Shown: one piece after another, positions 53,264 through 64,000 of the stretch | How positions within the stretch are numbered: the stretch's first letter is position 1 | How the letters are laid out: each line of letters opens with the position of its first letter | Source of the DNA: Macrostomum lignano | Lineage: Eukaryota | Reading direction: 5' to 3' | DNA length: 64,000 nt | Assembly: GCA_002269645.1 (NCBI GenBank) | Contig: NIVC01000905.1 | Coordinates: 248,001-312,000 of the forward strand | Position numbers and translations under genes: made by a program | Notes under the pieces: generated by a model | The model's database searches: none | What the model was told of the DNA's origin: nothing | Seen by the model: the letters and a program-made list of their open reading frames with translations, nothing else

Positions 53264-56020
53264 GAGTAGGAGACTCTAAAGTTCTGGCCTGTCTAGACTC
53301 AGGCGCCAATGCCAGCATCATGGGTGCTGACGTGAAAGCCAAACTGGTCGCAGCTGACCCCGTCAATAACATATTCACGCCTAGTGCCAATAAGCAGCGT
53401 GCCACCGCCTTCGGCGGCTCTCAGGTAGACATCCTAGGGTCGCTACGCTGCGAAATCAACTTAGGTAATACGACTAAACAACATGTATTCCTAGTCACTG
53501 CTTACTGTACCACGGAAGCCCTGTTAGGCATGGATTTCCTGCGCAGCTTCGAGATGCTGCTAGACTTCAACTCTGGCCGAGCTTTAGTAGCAGGGGTGTC
53601 GGTACCAGTCATTGAGGGGGACAAGGGGATTTTCCAACTCAGACGAGTGATGGCCGCCGGCACCGTAGAATTGCCCCCGCACTCGGAAACCTTGATCCCC
53701 AGTCGTGTCCTCGACTCTTCGCCGTACACCTCCGGTATAGTCATGTCCCGGATCCTCGGACCAGAGACCGAACAGTTGGTAGCCAAGACTCTAGACTCAG
53801 TTAGCGATACTAACCACATACTAGTGCGCGTGCTCAACAGTGGGGAACAGCCTATTCAGATAACTAGGGGGCAAGAAATTGCCTCATTCCAGGAATTAGA
53901 TAGTCATGAGGTCATAGCTCAGACGACCCTGAAGGAGTCTGACTTTAGCCTGGACAATGTAGCTAACCTCACCAGCCAACTCAGTAAGCTGCCGCCGCCT
54001 AGTAGGGAGTTAGCCAAATGGCTGACAACGCAGTTCCAACTAGACCAAGCCAAATTGTCTAGGGGCCAACTCGCCACCGTTTTGAAACTGCTCAACTACT
54101 TCAATAGCCAAATTTCTAGATCAAACGCAGATTTAGGCCACACCAATTTACACGAGATGGGCATAGAGTTAATAGATCCTAAGGCCAAGCCTGTTGCGCA
54201 ACCATACAGGCGCACCACGCCAGCACAAAAAGAATTCTTAGACCAGAACATAGCGCAGATGCTCGAACAGGGGGTCATTGAGGAGTGTGACTCTGACTGG
54301 GTGTCGCCTATCGTTCTGGTCAAGAAGAAGGACGGCACTCAACGCCTTTGCATAGACTATAGGGCCGTCAATAAGCTCATCAAGCCGTGTAGCTTCCCTC
54401 TGCCACTCATAGAAGAATCTTTTGACAGCCTTGCCGGGGCCACTGTATTCTCTAGCCTTGACCTGACCTCCGCGTACTGGCAGGTAGGGATCAAAGAGGA
54501 GGCTAGAGATTACACCGCCTTTGCCTGCCCCCAAGGCACCTTCCGCTGGAAGGTAGTACCATTCGGGATCAAGACGGCACCTGCCAATTTCGCGAAACTG
54601 ATGCACAAGGTGTTTAGACCTCTCCTGATGAAGGTCAGCCTCATCTATTTAGACGACATTATCATTAAGGCTGTCAACAATGACCAAATGATCGCGCATC
54701 TCGCGCTGGTCCTCTGGCAGCTTAGAAAAGCCGGTCTCAAAATTAAGCCGTCTAAGTGTGAGCTGTTTAAGGACAAGGTCGCATTCCTGGGGTTCGTTGT
54801 GTCTAGCCGGGGCATTGAGGCTGACCCAGCGAAGACTCAGGCTGTCCAAGACTGGCCTAAACCGCTTTCTAAGAAACAGCTTCTATCATTCTTGGGATTT
54901 GCGAATTATTACCGGAAATTCGTGCCGCGATTCTCAATCATCGCCACGCCTTTGTATGCCTTAGCCAAAAAGGATGCTCCGTTTCTATGGCAACCGCATC
55001 ATGAACGGGCTTTCCAAGAACTCAAACATAGCCTCTGTTCACCACCGATTCTGGCGTATCCAGACCTCTCTGCCAAAGGGCGCGAATTTATTTTGGACTG
55101 CGATAGCTCGCTTGACGGCACTGGGGGTGTGCTCTACCAGCTCGGGCCAGATGGCCAAGAGCAAGTTATAGCTTACGCATCCAAAAAATTCAACAGTAGC
55201 CAGAGAAACTACTGCGCCACCATGAGGGAGTTGCTAGGGCTCGTTCTGATGCTCGAGCATTTCCGTCCTTATCTATTAGACAAGCCTTTCACTGTCCGGG
55301 TGGACGCGGCCGCGCTCAAATGGCTGCATTCTAAGAAGCATGCCACTGGTATGCTGGCCCAATGGCTTGCCACCATTGAACTGTACCCGCTGAAGGTCCA
55401 GCAGTCCACTCTAGAACGAATAGCCGAATACGATTTCACAGTCCAGTACCGTCCAGGCGTTGACCACGTGCCTGCTGACGCTCTTAGTAGACTGCCAAAA
55501 TTCAGAGCCGATCACTTTGACTGCCCGACGTGCAGCCAGATTCCGGAATTTAAAGGGAAATTCCTGGACCAAGACCCAAAGCACCGGCGTACGCCCCCCT
55601 CTAGAGAACTGCGTCAGGTGTGCGTCCAGACCATAGGCATTAGCGTAGCGTGTCAGACTGACACAGATGCCCCGGCTGAACCAACGCCGAATGTCCGCGC
55701 TACTGCTAGCGGTGCTGTTCCTAGCCCAGAGACTGAATCCCGTCAACCTGAAACCGAATCCCAAGTGCCACCTGAGCTCATCTGGGCCCAGAATGCCCAG
55801 GACTCCTGTGTTGACATGGCGCGCCTAATCGCCAGTGTCCAGTGTAAGACTGAGCCATTGTCCAAGGCCGAACTGCAGGGTTGTAGCCGGGAAATGCGCT
55901 CACTCTGGGCTCAATTCAATGACCTTGAAGTAGTCGAGGGCCTATTGTACTTAGCCAAATCCTCCAAAGCCAAAACTGCCAACAGGCGCCTGGTGGTGCC
56001 TGAGACCGCAGACGTCGGTC
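53206..56020 (+). CDS. pol: Pol, 5' part: aspartic protease, RT, RNase H (interrupted)
   Basis: LDSGA; PIVLVKKKDGTQRLCIDYRAVN; YLDD; ILDCDS, ELLGL, RVDAAALKWL; -1 frame relative to gag. Confidence 0.95.
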
Positions 56021-57572
56021 TGAAGTGAAACGAAGGCGCCGTTAGCAAGAGGATGGGAGAAATCAGCCGACACGCGCGTGATGCGTGAACAAGCATCCAG
56101 CCTTGGCAGCAACTCCCCAGATGCACAAGATCTGCATGCCTAAAAATAGTCCTGATGATCGGCGAGCAAGAAGCCCAGCCATGCGACCCTCGCGTGATGC
56201 ATGCACAACCTCTGACCGACACTGCCTATTGGGCCTCGAAATCCCACTCTCTCCCCCTACTGCTCCTATTCCTCGTTGCTCGCGTACAGTGTGCTAGCTT
56301 ATAAAATATACTGATTGAAGAGGAAAGATCCTGGCCTGAAGTTTGAGAATGTGACTCTAGAGATCACACAGAGAAAGTTACCATCGAGGTCCATTGTTCG
56401 TTGTCTTCCTGAACTGTTGGCAGAAGGAAACGATAATATGGGAAAACCCATATAATTTTTCGTTTCAATTGGTTCCACTGACCGCGTGAGTCGCCGCTAG
56501 ACAGAAGTCTCAGACACCATGCAGTTATCGCTCTGCTGCATGTCGTCAACAGCCATTCGAATGAATCGAGAACTGAGACTTTCCTGCCTTCAGTAAAGGA
56601 AGACTTCGAACTAAACAAGACCAATGGACGAAGATCAAAAAGCGACACAGTTTACCCTTCCGAGAAGAAACTTTCGTTGAGAGATCTACACAATCAATTT
56701 GGTCAAGACGGTATTTTTCCGACGTCCTATTTAACTGCAATGTACCTTCAGCCAGCATCCCGATCTGACTGTCTACCAGACGCTGTTTCAATTTGTCGAG
56801 TCTCCGTGTCCAGTCCTATTGGCGTCACTGTTTAGGGCATCGAAAAGCCCATTCAATTTGTCGAGTTTCCGAGTTCACGTCAATCCCCCTCTCAGATCTG
56901 ATTAAATAGTCAAGAGGATATGCTGGTACAATTCATCCACTGTTGTCACAAGTTCACTTTGCCCCTTGACCAAGTTTCGTGTTTCAACAACATCAACTCA
57001 ACTGCAAGTTACCAAGTGGGACTGCGTATCGCAAGCAAATGCACAACTGTACGCCATGTCATCATTGCTCCAAGCTTATTTTCAACAGAGCTCGGAGGGC
57101 CTCGCTTCCCTGAAAAAAGAGCGACTGAAGTGAAACGAAGGCGCCGTTAGCAAGAGGATGGGAGAAATCAGCCGACACGCGCGTGATGCGTGAACAAGCA
57201 TCCAGCCTTGGCAGCAACTCCCCAGATGCACAAGATCTGCATGCCTAAAAATAGTCCTGATGATCGGCGAGCAAGAAGCCCAGCCATGCGACCCTCGCGT
57301 GATGCATGCACAACCTCTGACCGACACTGCCTATTGGGCCTCGAAATCCCACTCTCTCCCCCTACTGCTCCTATTCCTCGTTGCTCGCGTACAGTGTGCT
57401 AGCTTATAAAATATACTGATTGAAGAGGAAAGATCCTGGCCTGAAGTTTGAGAATGTGACTCTAGAGATCACACAGAGAAAGTTACCATCGAGGTCCATT
57501 GTTCGTTGTCTTCCTGAACTGTTGGCAGAAGGAAACGATAATATGGGAAAACCCATATAAATTGTCGTTTCA
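56021..57572 (+). mobile_element. Nested non-autonomous LTR element (TRIM/LARD-like), 1552 bp
   Basis: 447-bp LTRs 56021-56467 and 57126-57572 (TG..CA, 2 mismatches seen); GGTC TSD; PBS TGGTTCCACTGACCG (56470-56484) matches tRNA-Glu with one extra base; purine tract before 3' LTR; 658-bp internal region without a retroelement ORF. Confidence 0.93.
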
Positions 57573-59180
57573 GGTCATCTGGTCCTTCAGTATCATGGCC
57601 AGTTGAACCATTGCGGTATCACCAAGACGATGGCCGCCCTGAAGGCGCGCTTCGTTATTTCCGACTTAGATACTATAGTCAAGGGGGTCCTGGCCGAATG
57701 CACCGTTTGCGCTAAGACTAAGAAGTCAAAGCGTAAGCTCAAGGCCCCTATGCAACCAGAACTGTCCGGCTACCCGAACCAGGTTGTCCACGTGGACCAC
57801 GCAGGCCCGTTCGAAGAGTGTGACGGGTACAAGTACCTGCTGGTTATGATCGACAGGTTCACCGGGTTTGTTGAAGTAGTCCCTGTTCCCGACGTCAGCG
57901 CAGAGACCACTGCCACAACCATCCTGACTGAATGGGTTGCCAGGTATGGGGTGATGGAGCAGCTGGTGTCTGATAACGGAACTGCCTTCATCAATAGTAC
58001 CATGATAGAATTAACTAGGCTCCTACAGATTGACATGGGTCGGATCACAGCCCGTCGCCCTCAGGCTAACGGTAAAGCTGAGAGGATGATCCAGACGGTG
58101 AAAGCCCAGATTAGAGCCATCTGTCTTGAGAGACAATGCGACTGGCCCCTTGCCAGCCGCCTGGCCGCCCTGTCAATCCGTGCCACAGTCGCCGAATCCA
58201 CCGGATTTACTCCAGCCAAACTTTTCTTCGGGCGTGAGTTCGAACTACCGCTCGACCTCTGTCACAATCCACCGCCAAATGAACACTACCAGCCGGAGAG
58301 GTACGCCCACCAGTTGCACCGCACGCTAGTCGAAACCTCTGCCCTAGCCCGCCGCACTAGGGGTAAAGCCCAGGAGAGGCAGAAAAGGTATTACGACCGC
58401 CGCGCCCTCCGCGCTGAGTTCCACGAGGGAGAGTTAGTCTGGGTCTTGAACCCGAACCACAAGGGCATAGAACCCGCTGTGTGGTTGGGGCCATACCGAG
58501 TAGTGCAGCGCTGCTCCGAGCGGACTTACCGTTTAGTCCCCGAGTATGGTCTCCTAAACCCAGCAGATCGGGTGCCAAATCCGCGCCATAACATTTACAA
58601 CATTGACCGCCTCAAACCGTGCATCAGACAGCCCACTTACCAAGACGTAGTTGACCGGTATGGTGAGGCCACCCATGCCAGGTCTCCAGCGCCTAGTGTG
58701 AACCCGCCCAGCGGACCCGCGAGCGAGCTTAGCCTCGTCACCATTCCCCAGCCTTCCTCTGCCCGGCCAGAGAGCCCACGCAGAGCGCCAGGGCCAAATC
58801 CACCACCGCCAGCTTCAGGCGCCTTTGAGGAGGGGGCGGGAGCTGAAGCGGGAGAAGGCCAACCATTCGCCGAAGCTGGCGATGCTGTAGCTATTGAGGG
58901 ACAGCCACAACCAGACACTGACACTGACAGCACAGACACTGACACCAGCCACAGCCAAGACAGCTCAGAGTCGCTGTACACGGCTTCCTTGGGGGACCCT
59001 TCCTCCGAGCAATTAGAACCACCTGAGATTGCTGCGAATCCAGTCGCTGCGCAAGCAGCTGAGCCACCAGCCCCGGCTGACGTACCCAGATCCAGGTACG
59101 GACGCCCCATCCGCCCGCCTGTCAGGTACCGGACCTGTCAAGTGTCCGACCTGCTCCAGCAGTGGGGAAGCAGACACTAA
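57573..59180 (+). CDS. pol: Pol, 3' part: integrase (HHCC, DDE, GPY) and Pro/acidic tail
   Basis: YHGQLNHCG..CTVC; VHVDHAG, LVSDNG, GKAERM; WLGPYRV. Removing 56021-57576 restores one 1472-aa ORF. Confidence 0.95.
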   Translation, partial: GHLVLQYHGQLNHCGITKTMAALKARFVISDLDTIVKGVLAECTVCAKTKKSKRKLKAPMQPELSGYPNQVVHVDHAGPFEECDGYKYLLVMIDRFTGFVEVVPVPDVSAETTATTILTEWVARYGVMEQLVSDNGTAFINSTMIELTRLLQIDMGRITARRPQANGKAERMIQTVKAQIRAICLERQCDWPLASRLAALSIRATVAESTGFTPAKLFFGREFELPLDLCHNPPPNEHYQPERYAHQLHRTLVETSALARRTRGKAQERQKRYYDRRALRAEFHEGELVWVLNPNHKGIEPAVWLGPYRVVQRCSERTYRLVPEYGLLNPADRVPNPRHNIYNIDRLKPCIRQPTYQDVVDRYGEATHARSPAPSVNPPSGPASELSLVTIPQPSSARPESPRRAPGPNPPPPASGAFEEGAGAEAGEGQPFAEAGDAVAIEGQPQPDTDTDSTDTDTSHSQDSSESLYTASLGDPSSEQLEPPEIAANPVAAQAAEPPAPADVPRSRYGRPIRPPVRYRTCQVSDLLQQWGSRH

Positions 59181-59192
59181 CCGCCAGTTTTT

Positions 59193-59440
59193 CACGCCCC
59201 GGGCAAGGCGTAAAACTACCTCCTGTGGCACCTGTCAGCCACAGGTCTCTGCGGCACCTGTAGACCGCAAGTTCACGCCCCGGGCAAGGCGTAAAACTAC
59301 CTCCTGTGGCACCTGTCAGCCACAGGTCTCTGCGGCACCTGTAGACCGCAAGCTCACGCCCCGGGCAAGGCATTAAACTACCTCCTGTGGCACCTGTTGG
59401 TCACAGGTCCCTGCGGCATCTGCCAGCCGCAAGCCACAAA
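59193..59440 (+). repeat. 81-bp tandem repeat x3, two hairpins per unit
   Basis: Units at 59193, 59274, 59355; stems CCTGTGGC/GCCACAGG and TGCGG/CCGCA. Confidence 0.9.
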
Positions 59441-59694
59441 ACACAAGCCACAGCTGTTACTCACTGCCAGATACTAGTGTGCACAACTTCCACAGCTGTA
59501 CCAGCCAACAGCCAACCACCGTAGTCAAGGGGATAAACTGCGGCGACATTGCAATTTGATAATTTATATAGCTAACTAAAATAAATAAAATAAAAATAAA
59601 ACGCTAGCAGAATTAGCATAATATGCCGACAGTATAAATACTATATTGTTCTAACGCAAGAATATATATAATATCGCAGCACCCAACTCCGACT

Positions 59695-60082
59695 GCACCT
59701 GGTCGGCGTTGCCGTAGTCTATAGAATACACTACGGCGCTAGAAACAAATAGTAGATAAGACATTAGCCTTAGCTCAAATATTCAAAAGTAAACTAAAAA
59801 ATTAATGCATAAATATGGCATAAAATAATGCATATATTGGTCGAAAAATGATTACGAGATGAATACTATAAATATAATAGTTGTCAAAATATTCTGTAGA
59901 CGTCCTCTGCCTGCATCGGCGTTGCCATAATCGATAAAATACACTAGGGCACGTATAAACATTATAGCAATGGCAAAAATGATTAAAATAATTGATAGCA
60001 ATGGCACCCGTTCGGTGTTGCCAAAGTCGATGAAATGAATAAGTGCGTCATCTCTGACGCTAATAGTAATACCCCGAAACCA
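59695..60082 (-). pseudogene. Three antisense Tudor-like segments inside the Gypsy 3' region
   Basis: WFRGITISVRDDALIHFIDFGNTERVPL, ALVYFIDYGNAD, AVVYSIDYGNADQV; all in one reading frame, two stops before the third. Confidence 0.6.
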
Positions 60083-60399
60083 TGTAATGTGCAATATACG
60101 GTTAGTAATTAAAGCATAACTACTGGCGACTAGTGAAACGCATAAATAACTCAAAAAGGAAAATAAAAACTGAAAAAACAACCATTGAAAACTCGAGAAA
60201 AATATTCTGCCTATAAGAATATAGCTAGCTTAGTTCGCTGCTCAGCCCATTGACGAGTGCAGCATCGCTTTCGCTGTTGTCGGAAATGAGCTGTAGCTCG
60301 TCATTAAATTTCGCAAATTTCATAATGTAGCTAGATATATATAATTCTTGTGGGGTAAAAGTAAGCACTACACACACACACCGCACGCACGCTCTCTCT

Positions 60400-60770
60400 G
60401 CCTTTGGCGTGTAGCGCCATCCTCTGCCTCTGGCGCGTGGCGCCATCCTCTGCCTGGCGCGTGGCGCCGTTCTCTGTTTGGCGCGTGGCGCCGTTCCCGC
60501 GTGGCGCCCTTGCGCCGTTTCCTGCCTTGGCGCGTGGCGCCGTTCCTGCCTGGCGCGCTGCGCCGTCTTTGCCTTGGCGCGCTGCGCCGTTCTCCGCCTG
60601 GCGCATTGCGCCGTCTCTGCCTTGGCGCGCTGCGCCGTTTCCTGCCTTGGCGCGCTGCGCCGTTCTTTGCCTTGGCGCGCTGCGCCGTGTCTCCGCCTTG
60701 GGCGCTCTTGCGCCGGTTTCTCCCTTCCGCCTTGGCGCGCCGCGCCGTGTCCCGCCGCCCTTGACGCTTG
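60400..60770. repeat. GC-rich ~21-bp tandem repeat (CTTGGCGCG(C/T)TGCGCCGT..) in the Gypsy 3' region
   Basis: Direct observation. Confidence 0.9.
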
Positions 60771-61239
60771 GCGTCGTTTGCCCGCAGTTGTCCGGACTGT
60801 GCCTCTGTTCCGTGCCTCTGCTCTGCATCCTTTGCCTCATCCACCTTGTCATCCTTGTTCTGTGTTTGCCTCATCCATCGTATCACTTCTGCGCGTCCTT
60901 TGTCGTTTTTGTGTTCGCGCGCGCCGCGCGCTCCGTCGTGCACTACTTTCCGTAACCATTGTTGTATTCTGTAATGTTTTTGTAACACCACCATGTTGTA
61001 TTGCTCGTGCTCACCGTGTTCTACTGCCCTGTAATGTTCTGCTCTCGTAATAGTCTGTAGCCTTTGGAACTTTGTAATTTTGTCCGGTAATCATATGCTC
61101 ATACAAACTGACTCAACCCCACTGTAATTCACTCTGCTATAATTTCATAAACTGCGGTCACGTTGTGTTTTTCTTGCCGTCACCCCGCGTGTTGGTTTTC
61201 TTTTTGCGCGACCCTATCCTTTTTCGGAAGGGAGGCGGG

Positions 61240-62055
61240 TGTGACGTTGTCAGTTTAAGGTGGTCCCGAAAAGGGCCGTTGGACTGCTGTTCTCCATAGT
61301 CATTCAACCCTTCAGTTTCACCGTTTCAACTAAACTTTTCCATTCGTTTATTGCGACGTTTACTTGTAGTAGTGCCCAACGATTTTGTGGCAATTTCTAA
61401 TTCACTGTATATTTTGCTATCCTCTCTCGCGACCGTATAAAATTGGCACGATCGATAATTTTAAGTTCTCTCGCCAGCCAATGAAATCACTCGTGCTCGC
61501 GCTACCCCCCTCTGCGCTCTTTTATTAAACCCCCCCCCGCCTGGCGGCGGGCACCCCTCACGCCTTTTCGTCTCTCCTGTCCCGTTTCTTCTCTCCTTCC
61601 CTGGCTGTCTCATCTGTTTGTCTGGCTGCCTAGAGCCTCCCTATTTCTCGCCACGGCCCCTCTGTCTGGGCCAGCCTGCTCACACACGTACTTGACTGTC
61701 TCACGCCACGACCGACGCCAAACTCGCCACTACGTTTCACTGCCTTCACTGTACTCATAGCCACTGCTCACGTCACGTCGCCATTACATCACTCGTCTGT
61801 CGCTTGAACACTCACCCAATTTATTTTCAAAGAAACCATTGTTGCAGCCGCCAGTGCCCAGAAAGCTATAGTCTGTTTATTACCAGTAACAACCAAACTT
61901 AATACTGATATTAACAATAAAAACGACTACGGCAGTTTCCTGCCCTTATTGCCAAGTGCTCCGCTACACCATCCACTTCGCCTGAGTTGACTCCAACTTA
62001 TTTTGGGACTAAAACGGCCCTTTTAAGGGTCACGGCCAACATCAATAACGTGACA
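61240..62055 (+). repeat. 3' LTR (816 bp)
   Basis: Direct repeat of the 5' LTR, followed by GGTT TSD. Confidence 0.97.
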
Positions 62056-63211
62056 GGTTGCTTATAAATTTGAGTTCAACTCCGACAGTTTTCCGTATTA
62101 TGAGTTCGAAAACCATTTTTTACGAGTACGAAATACGTGTACATGATAGAAATTTTGTTTCGAAAAATCAGGCCCGATGCTGTCCATCGATTCCAAGCGA
62201 AGGTACGGCGGTTCTTGCGCCAAAGGATTCTGAGTCCTTGGGGGTTGCCTGGAAAGGGTTGCGAGACGGAGAGTTACGGCGAGTGTCTGCTAGTTTACAG
62301 CTAGGAGCTTAATACTTATAATAATGACTTATAATACTTATAATAATACTTAATACTTAGATTCATCTAAGAGCGTATTGCATGTAGAAGTCGTACAGAA
62401 GCGTACCGTGGCCTCAATGCCGCCCGTTTAGACAAGCTTTAGACAAGCTTGTTTAGACAATTAAGTCATATTAAAGCTACCCAATGTTGGCTTAGTCTTC
62501 ATCATTTATTAATTTATCACTTAACCAATTGTCCAATTGATCCCACAACTAGGGAAACGCTGTGAGAGAATATGTCGACTGAACTGCATTTTCTTGTGAG
62601 ATATTTGACGTAAACTGCTGTACATGGCAAAAGTTTTATTACCGACTAAAAAACTGACCAGTGGCTAAGAAGGCACACGCTGGCATATCCACCAGTCACA
62701 GCTGAGACAGGTCAGGACATTAGATAGTCAAGACATGGAGACATGGTCTGACAGGTTTATCACCCAGGTGTATGAGACATCTACATCTACCCACTCAATG
62801 GATCTATTGGAGCGTCTGAAGTGATAAGGAGTTTCTACTCGTACTGCTATAGTTCACAACTCAAGCCATTCATTCCCGAAGCCGCAACTTCTTTATTCAC
62901 GGGAAACTGTCACTAGTTCCTTGTTCGTTTGAGTGTTTTTCCGCTTTACTTTTAGTGAGTCACGAATTCTATATCTATTAAGAATGAGCAGGTCCTCTGG
63001 TATGCTGCCATGTATAATTCTTCTGCCAGAGTTTCATTCTCTTTCCAGTCCAACTCCCCAAATTTTCCTGCTCTTAATGTACATTGGGTTTAGGGTTCTG
63101 CAACTTCTGCAGAATGGAACGGCAGAGAACAATGTACTAGGAGCGTAGGAGAGAAAAACTCGCGGCAAAGCCCGATCTATCCACCCCAAAGCCCTAAAAT
63201 GATAGAAGCAG

Positions 63212-63624
63212 GAACGATTTGACCAGCAGCAGAAGACGCGACGCACCGTAGATGACGGCACCGAGAAGGCACGATTCGTCAGACTACCTGAGCGCTGCGA
63301 GGCCGCACTCGCCCCAGTCGGCGGGAGATTCATCGCAGTCGTCTTTGTCGGGTCAGCAGCCGCTGGAGCAGCATGGCGGCAGGTTGCCGCATCAGGTTCG
63401 GAGCACCAGCGGCAGCTGCCTCAGCCTGCGCAGCAACCGGAGGACGCCGGGCTTTGGACTGTCTTCGCTGAACCTCCCGGAGAACGCAGCGCCAGAGGCC
63501 TTTTCGCCTCTGGGACGAAGTCACGAAGAATCCCATTGGGTTTCAGGTAGACTGGAGAGCAGACATGGTTCTTCCATGGTCAGTAATGATTATCTGGATT
63601 CTGGTCTGGTGCGTGAGAAAGCAG
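63212..63624 (+). other. Possible GC-rich exon of an unknown gene
   Basis: GC-rich stretch open in more than one frame, ending in a strong donor GCAG|GTGAGT at 63625; no recognisable domain. Confidence 0.25.
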
Positions 63625-64000
63625 GTGAGTCAGATGATTTTTCTCGTTTGGGATCTTTGCGAGGATTATGCAATTAAAATGAGCTACCTGGGAATGCACC
63701 TGGGAATGCAATGAATTGGAGCTGGTAGTGAAGATCTTCAAGTCGACAGCCTCGAGTATTCACCGGATGCCGTCTCGATGCTCAGATCCTAGCAAAGTCA
63801 ACTGGTAAAAAATCACCTAGTCAAAGTTACAAGCGACATGGTAAGCACCGTCAGCGCTACAGTTCCTTACTACCAAGACTTTCTTAGTAATCAAGGAACA
63901 ATCACTTCTAGCTACGGTTAGGCAACCCAGTAATCAAATGAAGGTATCTATTACCTTGAGTCCGGATTAGTCATCGATATCTCGTCGTCAGGATATCCTC

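Larger units (their letters stand above)
50282..62055 (+). mobile_element. Full-length Ty3/Gypsy LTR retrotransposon
   Basis: LTRs 50282-51096 and 61240-62055 (TG..CA; I found 2 substitutions + 1 indel); GGTT TSD; PBS; PPT GGAAGGGAGGCGGG before the 3' LTR; gag then PR-RT-RH-INT order. Confidence 0.97.

Overview
Repeat-rich eukaryotic (metazoan, spliceosomal-intron) genomic DNA; gene and repeat content is compatible with a flatworm such as Macrostomum, but this cannot be proven from the window. Left end: first exon of a calmodulin-like gene (-) and a 2-exon secreted PAN-like + fibrinogen C-terminal domain gene (+). From 14.7 to 49.2 kb the minus strand carries a tandem cluster of about 16 tiny, multi-exon Cys/His-rich genes, gene fragments and pseudogenes that the ORF track misses. 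They encode 28-103 aa, lack signal peptides, have only phase-2 introns, and are built from a module CC-x(n)-CxxC | ...CC(C)xH present once or twice. They are interleaved with minisatellites, SINEs, LINE fragments, a broken Harbinger transposon and a solo LTR. From 50,282 to 62,055 lies a very young Ty3/Gypsy element (LTRs ~99.6% identical, GGTT TSD, tRNA-Gln PBS). Its Gag carries a cold-shock (OB-fold) domain after the zinc knuckle; its pol is split by a nested non-autonomous LTR element (GGTC TSD, tRNA-Glu-like PBS); its long 3' region holds a tandem hairpin array and three antisense Tudor-like (IDYGN) segments. All gene models were spliced and translated by hand; no database searches were run.
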